Source: Hormiphora californensis (lineage: Eukaryota; Animalia; Ctenophora). Taken from it: DNA of 64,000 nucleotides. Below are positions 25,855 to 40,100 of the stretch, in pieces (the stretch's first letter is position 1; each line of letters begins with the position of its first letter). A program made the position numbers and the translations under genes. The stretch lies in NCBI GenBank assembly GCA_020137815.1, contig CM035359.1:372001-436000 (forward strand), written 5' to 3'. The notes beneath the pieces are model-generated. The model saw only the letters and a program-made list of their open reading frames with translations. It was not told where the DNA came from and did no database searches.

Positions 25855-27258
25855 CCTCTAACGTTCGAGAATTGTACACGGCATACATGTACGTTGTATT
25901 ATATCAGACACGGGATTATGACATAACATGTACGGACTACGGTACCTGCAGTTTGGTTACGAAGTCACCCCTATTATTGCATATATGAGCTAGCGCAGAG
26001 GGGGAATTTCATTACCAAACCTGCAGTATGCAACGTTTGTGCTCGCCAGCACAGTGATACAGAAACTATTATACAACAACCACATTTATGTCCATATGTC
26101 CGTATATATATAAACGGATATATATACGGATATCTAATTATCAATTTCGTATTTTCGTCGACAGCGGCCAGCTGTTTAAAAAAGGCTCTGTTTACGGCTG
26201 TAAAATGTACATTGCATAGACTCAAATTGCAGGGGTTTTTTTTCGGTGTAGGTATGGCGAAAACCGAATGTTCCCAAAATAGCCTAACTGTTTTGCAGCA
26301 CGGTATATAGAACCCAAAAACATCTATACCATATAGACGTGACGTGGGCCTGAACATCGAATCATGAAATAATGAAATGCGAAGCTTCAAGAATAGCTTG
26401 AACTAAGCAACTGATAAAATAGTTTAAGATACAAAGAATAATCGATAAACCAAGATGAGATGGTCCAGCGGAGACCATAACAACAGATTGAATGAAGCTA
26501 ATGGCCTATATTAGGGACTCAATCCAGTCTCGATTAGCCTCAAGTCTGATCTATTCAATGTTCTGACCTATATCAGGCTGTTTAATCGTCCAGGATCGAT
26601 CCTGATGTCCTAATAACCGTTTTAAATTAAACGAGTGCTTAGTGACGTTTTAATAAAAGAGTACTTTTAAATGACGTGGTTTATATATTAGGATCTAAAC
26701 GGTTTAAATTCTATCAAGATAAAGTAGATCTGAAGGGGAATATGTCCCAAAATAGAACTCAAAAACGTAACTGCATTCATTGGGAGATGCTAACACCATG
26801 CATGCACCTAAATCCAATACATCGCTCATCTCTCGCTCTCTTTCTCATCCTCAGCTACCATTGGACCATAGGCTTTCTTTATATCTTTTAGAGCTCTCTA
26901 ACACATCTATAACAACTCTGCACAGATCAGCTGCAGTCTGCACCCCTGTAGTTGTTGTGCATTTGTGCAGCTCTCTATTTCTCTTTTTAGTATCTCCCTA
27001 TACTGGAGAGCTATACTAAGAGAGCTGGGAATAGAGATATAGGTATAGGATGGAGAGATGTAGTGCAGAGAAATGGGGGAAAACGCAAAGTAAGATAGAG
27101 AAAAAAACTAGCAAAGGCATGGGTCAGACGGTTTCTAAGCGAACAGTTTCGACGCAAAAGGGATAGGAGAGTGATTGGAGGCCCGTGCACGATCGGTTAG
27201 ACGCGGAAAGGAGCGTGGTGACACCCGGACTAGGTGTATTAGTACTTACGCCAATTAT

Positions 27259-27328
<70 letters not shown>

Positions 27329-27468
27329 TAGCACCATCCCATTGATAATATGGTAACTTGGCACATGCAGGGAGCGGAGAGGGGCTACGATCGTAGTGAC
27401 AGTACCTATAAGAGAGACAGGTCACCTATCTGTTGCAGAGGGAGAGCTAGAGGGAGAGAGCGAGGGAA

Positions 27469-27534
<66 letters not shown>

Positions 27535-28037
27535 CGATAGAGATAGATAGAGAGAGAGCGAGAAAGAGGGCGTCATATATAGTAATCGGTCTGAGTTATG
27601 CTAACAAAGCTCATGCTATTATTCCCCTGGGTAATCCAGCTCTCTTTCGTCCTCTCTTATAGATGATCTAAATAATAATAACATAACCTACAGGGGCATA
27701 TAAATCATGTAAATTTGTGATGCATTATAATAATGAATTAACAAAGTAAACAAGTGACGATATAATATTTCAGACGTTATAAAGAGCCATTTTGCTAAGG
27801 AATGATGTGTAAAAGCGGGCTTGGTCGAAAAGACCCATGCTGTTTTTCTATCTCAAGATACTCACTGGATCACTCGTATGACTACTAATGGTAGTTATGC
27901 TACGAGAGCATTATCGGAAGACCATATTATAACTATAAACATCCCTGATATATGAAGCTTCAACTCCAGTGAAAGAGTTTAAAATACATACTTCGAACGA
28001 TCGATTACTTTATTGTAATGTCCTAGCTTCTAATTCT

Positions 28038-28124
<87 letters not shown>

Positions 28125-28904
28125 AATTGTCTGTCGCCATTTCCTATTCAGTGTCTCAATGTTACAACTGTGAATCGTTAATTAGCTGTCTTTCTCTCTC
28201 TTGAAAGAATGCTAAAGTGATTCATTATCATACAGACTGTATTTCACTCGATATAAATCGTAGGAAACAAAAGTTAGTTGTAATTAACTGGCCCCCTTGA
28301 AGCGTATTCTAAGTTGTTGAGTACTCAACAAATTCTAAGGGTCTTCGAACAAAACAAAAAACAAGACAAAAAACAAAACAAACAAGTTCAAAATTTCTGA
28401 ACTAAAGAAGAAACACAAAAGTGAAGATTACGCGTCATAACGGTGTTCTCACTCGTAACAATGAAAAGGAAACAATAGAACGAGATAAAAACGAAAAAGT
28501 GGTCGGCACGAGGTCTGCGATACAAAAGTTTGATAAGATAACATATTAGGCTCAATGCGTTCGACAGAACAACGTTTGACTCTGCTTCCTATATACAACA
28601 TGTATATCTCCCCCTCCTTTGTATAGCCTTGCAGATCAATCACAAACCCACTGACGTAGCTATAGACACACACAAATCAACACCATGATCACAAACCCAC
28701 TGACGTAGCTAAACACACAAATCGTGATGGGGGTTAACATGGACTCTAGTACGTATCCAATCAGTCAATACAGATAGTACACAGTACTCAAGTAAAATAC
28801 GGGGAGCTGCCTAGTATGTATACGTAGAGAGAGAGAGGGAAGAGAAGAAAAGAGAGAGAGAGAGAGAACCGAAGAGAGAGAGACGGAGAGACGAGAAGAG
28901 GGGG

Positions 28905-28936
<32 letters not shown>

Positions 28937-30591
28937 GGGAAGAGAAAATGATAGAGATCTCATGCATAATTATACGCACAAGAGGCAGGCAGTACAGCAC
29001 ACAAGGAAGCGATGGGTTTGATTAGGAGAAGAGATAGACGAGAGGAGAGAAGGAGAGAGGATTGAGAGAAGATGAGAGAGAAGAGAGAGACGAGATGAGA
29101 GAGAGAATGAGACTACATGAGACGACGATGAGAGAGAGAGAGAGAGAGAGAGAGAAAAGAGCGAGGCTCATGCAGACACAATGCATGTTTTACACTCTCC
29201 CAGCACTGCTTACTCTCACCACAATGAATAAAGTATCGGAAACATCAGCTCCTGCTGCAACCGGCCAGACGAACAAGCTGCCAAAGATTTGGAATCTTAC
29301 TAATTGGATGCTATAGACACGACAATATCTCTGATTCCTTAAACATTGGTTTACCGATATATATCTCGGCTGATATCACCCGGTATCACTCGCAAGGGAA
29401 GCATTTTACAATACGAACGCCGACCACATACAAGGGTATCAATGGTGTGCAGATCATCCTAGGGCCCCCAAGCAAACAACCTCCGCGGAGGAATTAATTC
29501 TGACAAGAGGAATTAAATATTCGGAAATAAACGAGTTACCGTGTCTACTAGTCTCCTATATAAGGTCTGACAACTGAATTCTCCAAATTCTCGGATTTTT
29601 TGAAGTTGTCGTGACCCCCTTCTATAAGTCACATCAAAATGGATACATTCTTCATTGTGCTTTTGGCGGGGGGGGGATCAACACTTAACTGCATGATACT
29701 CATGCCGATAACTGCCAAATTTTCCAAAATTTTTTGACACCCACACCCCCCACATTTTGCACTATAAGTACCCAAATTTAACACTGCCGCCACATCTAAA
29801 AAATGCTGACCACACCCCCAAAATCTAGCCTAAAAGTGGAGCCTAAACATAGCACGAAAGACACGAAGAGGACTTATATTATTGGTCTAAAATCAAATGC
29901 CATTCAACTAAGAACAATACAGAACCAGTGTAGGTAAACGGATCCCGAATTCCGAATGGGTAGTATGAGGGACACTGAGTGAACATGCGTAAAAATATTC
30001 GCCATCACACATGTGATAGGCGCGCAAAAAAATAACGAGCGCCGGTGCGAAAAAAATAGGGGGTTGAAAACTTCAAAAATCGGGCAATAGAGCAGTTATT
30101 AAATTTCACCATAATAAACACCCTAGAACCACCTATTTTAGGCAGTTAAGGTACCCACTTAACTGCCGGGACCACGCGTACACCCACCCACCCTACACCC
30201 TCTCTCTCTTTTTCCCTCTTCTTTCTATCCTCTCTTTTACCAACACATCCTCCCTCTATGTCTATCTCACACTCTCTCTCTATCTCTCTCGCATCCCTTT
30301 CATTGCGTTGTTTATCATATTTTCACCCTATCTCATCATCGTGAAAGTCAACTCTTCGACTGATATATCCCCTCTTTCCTTCCCTTCCTTTCCTTTCTTC
30401 ATTTATCTCTTTTCGATTTATTTGTCTGAAATATACGACTTTCAACACTTGAGTACGATCATATCGCCAGTATGGTCTAAAATATTGGTTTGCTAAGTGC
30501 ATTTCGATTTGGTCATCGCCAAACAGGTGGTAAAATCAACTTGATCCTCTCTGGTTCAATAACTCCGGTAACCACAAAACCGTGGTCTTTA

Positions 30592-30691
<100 letters not shown>

Positions 30692-30720
30692 CCCTCTCCA
30701 TCTCTCTTTCTACTCTCTCA

Positions 30721-30768
<48 letters not shown>

Positions 30769-31596
30769 CCTCACTATCCACTTCACCAAACGATTGTCAT
30801 GCCACGTGTTTTGTATGTCAGCTACTAGGCACGTGTCATTAAAGGCCCGCTATAACTCCCGGAGATCACATTTTTCCGCACGCGTTTTGCCACTCGTTTT
30901 CAAGGCGTCATACAGCTGTATATAATATATATCCTGCTCTCTCTCTCTATCTCTCCTTAAGGCACTAACTCTCGTGCTATCAATTAATTGCCTGGTATGC
31001 CTGGGCCTGTCTAATATAGTATGTTATGATGAATTAAATTGCTTTAAATTCAAGCATGCATGAGATTGAATATATCTCTACGCGAGAACCTATAGCCTAG
31101 ATAAACATGAAAGGAAAGACCGAATTCTGAACTGCTTTAGTGACCTGGCGCTTTTTAGAAAATGGAGGATCCCGTCAGTACCCTAGTGACATGATCGATC
31201 AGAGTTAGGAGAAATACGGCCCGGCCACTTAAATTCCAAATTGTTCGACTTACATGGAATAAAATATATTATTCTTAGAAGATCCCTAGTTTAAAGTCTT
31301 CTGTATAAATACAGAAGTTTTATAGTTTGCTTAGGATTCCGATGTTCATCACGACGGACCGTCGACAGTAAAGTTGGATTTTTTGAAGTTGTCACCCCCA
31401 AAAGCGGGGGGGGATCAACATTTAACTTTGTGACACTCCTGGATTTTCTTTCCCCCTTTTTTTTTGGGGCCCAAATCCCCCGGGGCCCGGGGGGGGCCCC
31501 GGGAAAATCCCGGGGGGGCCCTGGGGGGGTTTTAAGGGCCCCCCCTTTTTTGGAAGGGTTTTAAAAAAAAAATTTTTTAAAGGCCAAACCCCAAAA

Positions 31597-32760
31597 TGGC
31601 GCCAAATGGCGCCAAGTGGCGCCAATTTGGCGCTAAATTGGCGATTAGATACAAATCGCCAACTTAGCGCCAAATTGGCGCCAAATTGGCGCTGCTTGGC
31701 GATTGCCGCCAACTTAGCGCCAATTTGGCGCCAAATGGCGCTGCTTGGCGCCAATTTGGCGCCAAATTGGCGATTGGACCGAAATCGCCAACTTAGCGCT
31801 GCTTGGCGATTGCCGCCAACTTAGCGCCAAAATGGCGATTGGCGCCAAATTGGCGATTGGATAAAAATCGCCAACTAAGCGCCAAATTGGCGCCAAAATG
31901 GCGATTGGCGCCAAATTAGCGCCAATTTGGCGCCAAATGGCGCTACTTGGCGCCAATTTAGCGCCAAATTGGCGATTGGATACAAATCGCCAACTTAGCG
32001 CCAAATTGGCGCCAATTTGGCGATTGGCGCCAATTTAGCGCCAATTTGGCGCCAAATGGCGCTACTTGGCGCCAATTTAGCGCCAAATTGGCGATTGGAT
32101 ACAAATCGCCAACTTAGCGCTAAATTGGCGATTTGTATCCAATCGCCAATTTGGCGCTAAATTGGCGCCAAGTAGCGCCATTTGGCGCCAAATTGGCGCT
32201 AAATTGGCGCCAATCGCCAAATTGGCGCCAATTTGGCGCTAAGTTGGCGATTTGTATCCAATCGCCAATTTGGCGCTAAATTGGCGCCAAGTAGCGCCAT
32301 TTGGCGCCAAATTGGCGCTTATCGCCAAGCAGCGCCAATTTGGCGCCAAGATTGCGCCAAAGAGGTGGTTAATTTCCGCTTCTGAACGTTCACACTCGCC
32401 AAGTGGCGCCAATTCGGCGCCAATTTGGCGCCAAGAGTGAAAAGTACATTGCGCCAATTTGGCGCCAATTTGGCGCCAATTTGGCGCCACTTGGCGATGG
32501 ACACAGTTTATTCAGACAAATTCGCATCGCCACGTGGCGGTACCGCCAAATACCGCCAACACTTGGCGATTTACAATCGCCACGTGGCGCCATTTGGCGC
32601 CAAAAAATCGCCAACTTGGCGCCATTTTGGCGCCAAATTGGCGGTTGTGCGCAGTCGCCAAATTTTGGCGCCATTTGGCGCTAAAATATCGCCACGTGGC
32701 GCCACGTGGCGCCAAAATGGCGCCAATTTGGCGCCAAATGGCGCCAAAAAGTGCGCACGA
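31597..32760. repeat. CpG-rich satellite of self-complementary TTGGCGCCAA / AATT-GGCG units, containing a ~400-bp spacer-less palindrome
   Basis: About 10-11-bp periodic GGCGCC motifs; mirror symmetry centred at 32118/32119 (TAGC|GCTA) extends over ~31918-32319. Confidence 0.9.
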
Positions 32761-32799
32761 CCTTAACTACCATACTACCAAATTTTTCAAAGAAATACT

Positions 32800-33280
32800 A
32801 GCCACGTTCGAATCGTGTTTCGAATCGGTGCATCTTATCGCATGTCCTGCTGTTAATTAGACGGTTCGGAACGAACCGATACGTGATCCCCATGGGCCAT
32901 TGAATCACAAGTTCACCAAGCGTCAAAATTTCGATTTGATGGGGATCACGTATCGGTTCGTTCCGAACCGTCTAATTAGCAGCAGGACATGCGATAAGAT
33001 GCACCGATTCGAAACACGATTCGGACGTGGCTGGTATACCTTTTAAAATTTTTAAAACTTTTTTTGCAAAATTTTACAGTACGATTGTCAATGCTTTGAT
33101 CGGTGCTCCCCATAAATTTTGAGAGAAAAAGTTATTTTGAAATTTTGATACTTCCTCACCCGCTCAGGGTGCCCCGATTTGGCATGGTATCACGTATCGG
33201 TTCGTTTCGAACCCGCTAATTAGACAGGAAATCCAGTAAGCTGCACCAATTCGAAACACAAATCGGACGGGCTGGTATAA
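32800..33280. repeat. ~92-bp inverted repeat pair plus a third diverged copy (foldback/MITE-like)
   Basis: 32800-32892 is the near-perfect reverse complement of 32940-33032; a diverged direct copy lies at ~33188-33280. Confidence 0.8.
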
Positions 33281-33466
33281 CTTAGAAAATTTTTCACAAT
33301 TTTTTTGAAAAAATTATTTTATAGTTTTATATTTCTAATCAGAAATGATCATGTCATTAATACATGAATCAATACATGAATATTGCATATACCATTTAGA
33401 GGTGTCTTTTTTTTAGTATAGCATTTTGGGCATAAAATAGGTTTTTATGGGCCAAATATGGATCTC

Positions 33467-33543
33467 CCCGATTTAGTGGCACCCCGATTTAGTGGCAGGA
33501 TTTTTTTCCCCCGAGGATGCCACTAAATCGGGGTCCGACTGTA
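33467..33543. mobile_element. Short TA-flanked Tc1/mariner-like MITE remnant; related ends at ~38316 and ~53830
   Basis: CCCCGATTTAGTGGCA repeats mirrored by TGCCACTAAATCGGGGTCCGACTG-TA; the GGTCCGACTGT terminus recurs three times in the window. Confidence 0.55.
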
Positions 33544-34089
33544 GTAGAAAAGCATAGTAAAAGGGGGAGATGAAAGTATCCAGCTATAAGTAGGAAAAAA
33601 CATATTGAAAGGGATAGATGGTGAGTTAGAGAGAACGAAAGAAAAGAAAACGAGCGAAAAATTGGTGAATTGATTGAGAGAAACATGATGTTAATTTTTA
33701 GCCTAATTATATCGTTAGCTTGCAACATGTTAAAGCTCAATCCGCTATCAGTGAGTGGGTGAGGAACCAGACACAATTACTATTGCCTAATTGTATCAAT
33801 TGAACGCATCACTCAGTTAATACTACCATCTTGCAGAGATTGGTTGGCTAAGAGCAGAGAGAGAACGTGTTGGAAGGATCACGGAAAGATATTACATCTG
33901 TTTTCTTTTTACTAAAACAGAGTAGCTTCTGCATGAGATGTAAACAGTAAAGTCTATTTTTATTCAACTGTTCAGGCCCAAAATTCAAATTTGATGTGTC
34001 ATTTTCGAATTCTAACCCTGCTATATGCCTTTTTGCAGAGAAAATAGGCATCCGGGTAAATGCCTTCGGCCTTCGGCATTCACCTAGAA

Positions 34090-34319
34090 GGAGTGCTTAG
34101 AACATGCACGTGCAAAAGTCGCGCACCACCCGAAATTTAGGTTACTGTCACTCCTTTTCTTTGCATAAAATAAAAAATGACTCAAGTTTTCGAAAGATCT
34201 TGTCGAGATCAACAAAAAACTTAAAGGTCACTTTTTGATTCGATGCAAAGCAAAGGAGTGACAGTAACCTAAATTTCGGGTGGCACACAACTTTTGCACG
34301 TGCATGTTCTAAGCGCTCC
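34090..34319. mobile_element. ~230-bp hairpin MITE
   Basis: GGAGTGCTTAGAACATGCACGTGCAAAAGT...CCACCCGAAATTTAGGTTACTGTCACTCCTTT is mirrored by AAAGGAGTGACAGTAACCTAAATTTCGGGTGG...ACTTTTGCACGTGCATGTTCTAAGCGCTCC. Confidence 0.8.
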
Positions 34320-34661
34320 TACTAACCCGGGCGGGGAAAACTTTACCCTTTGGTTCTAGCCATTCCAATGTAATGGTCCCCAATTTTATCATGCCACCTA
34401 GCATAATAACTAGGTTCTTCGAAGATGGAAAAAGTGAATAAATGATAGCTGGGTTATTAAATCCTAATAACCACGGATCGTGAGAAGTGCCATCTGGGGC
34501 TCCTTGCCCCTTGGCGATTGGCGTGAGTATAAATGTGGATAAGGTTAGTTATAAAACAAAGTCAGGACCACGAAAGTCGAAAGTTTTGTAATTATTCTGT
34601 CCATCCGTCCCTTCCTATTATAACAGGCTTGATTACGTAGTCGGTGGTAATAACACCGGAC

Positions 34662-34962
34662 CAGGGGTGTAGGAATGATTTTTCAAGTGAGGGGGCGAAG
34701 TCACGTGACCAATTACAGCGCTGGCTAGCGCCCAAGAAAATTTTATGTGATATGAGCAAGATTTAGCCACCTATTCCATTGCATTTACCATACATCGGCC
34801 GGAGCGACAGCGGAGCCCGAGAAAATTTTTAGGGTTATGAGCCAAAAAGTCATGATTTCGCTATTTGGAAGTGAGTGTTGACAGAAGTGAGGGGGCGAAC
34901 CTGGCCAAAAGTGGGGAGGGGGGGGGGCGACCGTCCCCTCGCCCCCTATTCCTACACCCCTG
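34662..34962. mobile_element. 301-bp non-autonomous hAT-type element
   Basis: 15-bp TIR CAGGGGTGTAGGAAT / ATTCCTACACCCCTG; exact 8-bp TSD CACCGGAC (34654-34661, 34963-34970). Confidence 0.9.
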
Positions 34963-35407
34963 CACCGGACTCCGCTAGTACCTGAGGGAAGAAATCACAG
35001 GAAAAGGGTCAAAACACGCTTTCGACAGCACTTTCAGACCGCCGTTTTCGGACGCTCCGCGAGAAATGATAATAAAGTCATCCGTCAGGCAAATAACTGA
35101 CAGCGAATGCAGCTCCACCCACTACTTCGGACTTCCCATCGCCGTATGGGCGTCGTACCACGCAGACATTGACTATTGGGCGTATGTGGTTACCGTATTT
35201 TGCGGCTAAAAACGGCCATCTTGGAAACGCAAAGACAAACGGCATTTTTTTCGATTTCATTTCAATTCCGATCCTGCACTGCACCGCAATGCGCGGCTCA
35301 GCGCGTTCAAAAGACGCAGTTTTTGCGCGCTACTCCAAATGCGCGCAGCGCGCGCACTCGCCTTGAAAAAAATCAGATCTCGAATTTTTAAAAAAAACTT
35401 GGCCAGT

Positions 35408-35572
35408 GTTAAAATCTGTGTGTTTCGTGAGTGGTGACAAAAGAGTTTTTAGGGTTAGGGCTAAAGTAGGGCTAGGGTTAGGGTTGGGGTGTGGGTTGGG
35501 GTTAGGCCTTGACATTTCCTACCAGATAAACTTTGAATTAGCCAAAACCGTTGAGTGGTTCGGCGGTTAGAG
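35408..35572 (+). repeat. End of a dispersed repeat with telomere-like TTAGGG/CTAGGG motifs (second copy 53237-53362)
   Basis: Shared GTTAAAATCTG.GTGTTTCGTGAGTG...TTTTAGGGTTAGGGCT...TTGACATTTCCTACCAGATAAACTTTGAATTAGCCAAAAC.GTTGAGTGGTT.GGCGGT.AGAGC. Confidence 0.8.
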
Positions 35573-35703
35573 CCGTTTTAGTTTAGAACGACCAGTACTC
35601 TTTTCACTCACTCTTTCTAAACTGGTCTTTCTTACTAATTTATATTTAATACTTGTTCTTTTTATGTGACGGATCTCCAGAACTCGATAAAAAAAAGAGC
35701 CTG

Positions 35704-35739
<36 letters not shown>

Positions 35740-35863
35740 GCAGAAAAGATCCAAAAAAAAAAAAAGAAAAAAAAAGACAACAAAAAAGGGGCAAAGAAAA
35801 AAGGGGGATATAAATTATAAATGGACACCAAAATTGGGGGTATGGGGGTGGAAGGGTTCCAGT

Positions 35864-36190
35864 GAGGTGTTGCGCAGTGGAGCATGTTGGGCTTCACTTA
35901 TAGAAGTGCAGCCAGTATGGTGTAGTGCAGTGGAGCGTGTTGGGCTTTACTTATAGAAGTGCAGCCAGTATGGTGTAGTGCAGTGGAGTGTGTTGGGCTT
36001 TACTTAAAGAAGTGAAGCCAGTATGGTGTAGTGTAGTGGAGTGTGTTGGGCTTTACTTATAGAAGTACAGTCAGTATGGTGTGGTGCAGTGGAGTGTGTT
36101 GGGCTTTACTTATAGAAGTACAGTCGGTATGGTGTGGTGCAGTGGAGTGTGATGGGCTTTACTTATAGAAGTACAGCCAGTGTGGTGAGA
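35864..36190. repeat. 53-bp minisatellite (~6 diverged copies)
   Basis: Unit GTGCAGCCAGTATGGTGTAGTGCAGTGGAGTGTGTTGGGCTTTACTTATAGAA, period 53 (35906, 35959, ...). Confidence 0.9.
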
Positions 36191-36613
36191 TGCAGGCTAC
36201 AACGAGTATGACTTCTCTCCCGCTCCTTGGTTCTCCTACAGGTGAAGTAGTCGGATCATCAGTCCTCACCCAGGTTGTATAAGACAGTATCGATTGTTTA
36301 AGGGCTAAAGCCCTGGTGCTAAAGTATTTATTTCTGGATCCCTAGATCCAAGAGCATATCTTATCAATCTGCAGTAAGCAGAGACAGTATTATATATTTC
36401 ATCATCCGATTTAAATATCGTTTAACTAACAAGACCTACCTTCAGAAAAAATATCATCTTGAAATAACATCTGGAAATCCTTGGTATAGAACTAACCGCT
36501 TTTGAAACGAGAGTTAGTGAGACGAAGTCCGCACCAAGTGATGCAAGTAGTCAAGACCTAACAGAACTCGTGTTGTTCTTTAAAATATGAACAATGAAAA
36601 GCGGACAATAAAT

Positions 36614-36987
36614 GTATATTTGTATTTGTATTTGTATTTAGTGAATCAACTTTTTTGGTAGCGTGCACCTGTAAAGTGTAAACAGGGCGCCGTTACGATC
36701 TTGAACCCCTACCCTTGGTTCTTTCCCTGCCGGAATCCAAGGAGCATTGATCTTTCTAACGCCTATGTGATTAGTGATTGTACTGGAGTTCAAAGTGGGG
36801 CATGGCTACAACGCCTCATGCCGGACAGCCCTGTAATCTAGGTAGATTTCCTCAAGCGAGTACCAATCCACCAGAGGTAGTGGAGAAGGGATACTCACGG
36901 ACGCTAAAACCGTGAGTCACGGTCTGAGCCTTTATCGTCGTCTGCCCTTGGGGGCTGTGGCTATCACTTGGACATGTTGTCAAAACT
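36614..36987 (-). mobile_element. Probable short retroposon (SINE or LINE 3' UTR) upstream of TIM44
   Basis: The minus strand ends in a stem-loop followed by a (TACAAA)3 tail; flanked by direct repeat CAATAAAT (36606-36613, 36988-36995). Confidence 0.5.
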
Positions 36988-37108
36988 CAATAAATATAGT
37001 CCCCATGGCCCATCAAGCGTTAAGCAGTCTTCTTTATCTCGTTATTCGTTAACAATAAAATATCTTTTTGATCATTGACATGTCTCATTGTCTCAATTTT
37101 AGTGTCAG

Positions 37109-40100
37109 ATGTACCGAACATGTATTTGGCGGCCACTGAGAAGTCAAAACGAACAAGTCTGTAGGAGAATATCATCCAGTGTCACTCGCCACAACAAGGA
37201 ATCTGGTGAAAAAGAGAAAAATAGCGACGGGGATGTGGGAAAGAAAGATGGATTCTTCTCACGATTTAAACAGGAACTAATGTCTGAGGTGGAGAAGAAT
37301 GAGTCGATGAAAAAGCCAGTTGATGAAATTCAGAAAGTTTCTTCAACGTTACGGGGGTATCTAAAGAAAGTTACTCCTGAAAGGAAAGAGCCAACTGCTG
37401 AAACGGGACCACCTAAACCATCGTTTAGTGATAGAGTGGCTTCCATACGGGAAATGTTAGACAAAGAAAAGTTGGCAGAAAGGTACGAAAAGGTCGCTCA
37501 ACAAGCAAAAGAGAAATCAACACAATCCTACGAACAGGCCTCTGAGTGGAAGGCAAATTATTATGCTAAAAAGCAGGAAGAAAAGGAAGCGGAGGCTGCT
37601 GAACCACCGAAGGAGAGCAAGATTAAAAAGAAGCTGTCGGAGTACATGGAAAGTTCGGGGCTGTCAGAAAATGTTTACATCAATCAGGCACAAAAGGAAA
37701 CTGAGAACATCAAGAAAAAACTGTCCTCTTCAGTCGCTGAACAGATGGCTGATTTGAGCAAGAAGTTCAGTGAAGGTATACAAAATTAGAGTACTTATTT
37801 TCTTTTGTTGTTGGCCTGATTGGTTCTCTTTTTAAACAAAATTGTCCCATCTCATTTTAAACAAAACAACCAACTGCCCGATTTCAGGAAAGAGTTCAGT
37901 GGAAGAGAGTGATTTCCTCAAAAAGAGCAAAGAAGCTTTGGAGCAAAGTGAGAAGCTAGCAAAAGAAGCTAGCGAACGGGTACGTATTATATTTTCCACT
38001 TTTAGCAACCCTTCTCCGTTTATCCCTCTCTCATTTTGCGTAACATCAATCTACCAATATTCCCACAGCTCGCCAAGGAGAAGGAAGAGCTAATCAAGTC
38101 AGAAAAGCTACAAAAGATATCCGAGGTGACGGCTGATACTGTAAAATCAGCAGCCGAGGACTTCTATGATCCAGTACGGCTGAAGGAGAGCGAGACTTAC
38201 AAGTTAGTATGTAGTTAGAATTACCGGGATGCTCGGGGGAATAGTTGTAGCCCGGAAATTCGGTGTGTCCGGTATATCGGGGTAAAATACTGTTAAATTC
38301 TTATATCGGGGAGCTGGTCCGACTGTAATATAATGGGGGGGGGGGGGGCAGCTGAAGTCTTTGAAGTTTGAAGATTTCCACCCTACTTTTTGACTTTTTT
38401 TGAAGTCGAAGGATATTTACAATGTCTTTTTTGGATGTAAAAAAAGAAATGAGAACCGAATTTGGCCAAAAGAAGCTAAAAGGAGCTAAAATTTAATTTA
38501 AATTAATTAATAACAGGGCTGGCTCTAGCCCGATATTTCTGGGGGGGTACAGTGGCCGAAGGGCGCGTAGGGAGCTCCGCCCAGGGGGGGGGGGTTTGGG
38601 GGGCCAGGGGGCAAAGCCCCCGGAAATAAAGCAAATTTTAGGGTTTTTAATCATTTGTGACGTCTACTTTCTAGATTTATGAATGCTACAATGCTCTCTC
38701 TCTCACTCAGTGATGTTCACTAGGTGATTTAAATTCGGTTGTGATCAGTCAAAAATTTTACTGAAAATTTTGTATTTTTGGGGTGGTCAAATGGTCTCAG
38801 ACAGTCTTGGCAGCTTCGCTGCCAAGAATTTTTGGGGGGGTGTGCTATTTTTCCCAACTCATAAACCAAATCCAATTTTCACATAGTTTACCCCTAGAAT
38901 GAGTTCCTACGATCATTCTAAAACATTTGGTAAAAAAATTTTAGTCCTACCCTGGCCCAATTACGTGGGCCGATGTATGCCCATATATGGGCATATTCAT
39001 ATCAAAAAATGTTTTTTGGGGCGTTATTTCGAAAAAACCACACATATGAATCGACTCATGAGACTCAGTACAACCATTATTTCCAGTCTGCACCTTCAGA
39101 ACTCCATTTTATAATGAAAATTTTTATTTGTTTCATCTTTTTTTCTTGCACATTTTCCTACTTTGCAGTACATATTAGTGGAGACGAATTTTAACTTTTT
39201 GAGATTTTATTTGTCGGAATGCAAATTCCGGTTGTAACCGACTAATTTTGACCTGCTGAACACGATCCTGTTAATGAAAAATCTCTCAAAATTGAAGAAA
39301 ATGACCGAAATGAACATTTTTAGTCAAAAATGAACATTTTTGGTCCAAAATGAACATTTTCAGGTCAAAAATGAACTTTGGCTAACTTTCATGATACACA
39401 TCCATTCTGATCGGTATCAAACCGCTGAACACGACCCTGTCTATAAAAAGTTGATATAAAGAACATGCCAAACACTGGTGAAAAACACACATATTTTCCT
39501 TTTTTCGGTAAAAAAGTAAACTTTTTTAATCGCCTGGCCCACGTAATTGACATACACTACCCCAATTCCGTTTTCAGGATTTAGTAGACAATTGTCCATA
39601 GTTTCATATCTACCCTTAACCTATTGGCCAAGTCGACAAAATTTTCACTTAGCACACTGTGCACCCCCCGCATCACCCCCCTGGAGCCAGCCCTGATTAA
39701 TAATTAGCTAGGCTGCAGTGAACATCAATAACACAAAAGAAGCCGCACATGGTAGTAACATCTCTCAAAACCCTATTATTCTCAAACTGTTCTTCGCCTC
39801 CTATTATCAGCTATCTATAGACCCATTTCATTATCATTCTTCAGGTGCATGAGATTGGATTGGATTGGACAACTATTTTGAAACACAAAACAATGTTACG
39901 CCAGAAAACGAAACAAAATAGATAATTAATATTGCACCCCATACCGGTAGTGTCTATAAATATGAGTTCGTCTAAATCGATATCTGGTGACTGGCTTCTA
40001 GGGTATGATGTTAATATTAGGAAGGGGAGGAGAAGGTCCTAAATGTATCTGTAGAATTCTTTCGTATGAGTCCTCCTCCTTTGGCTTTGGGTAGGTTTCT

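Noticed and set aside
30438-30453. ACTTTCAACACTTGAG as a degenerate spliced-leader relic
   Set aside because: The match is too short and AT-rich to distinguish from chance.
31422-32860. Overlapping 'WRQIGAKLAP' ORFs on both strands
   Set aside because: They are by-products of the stop-poor palindromic GGCGCC satellite.
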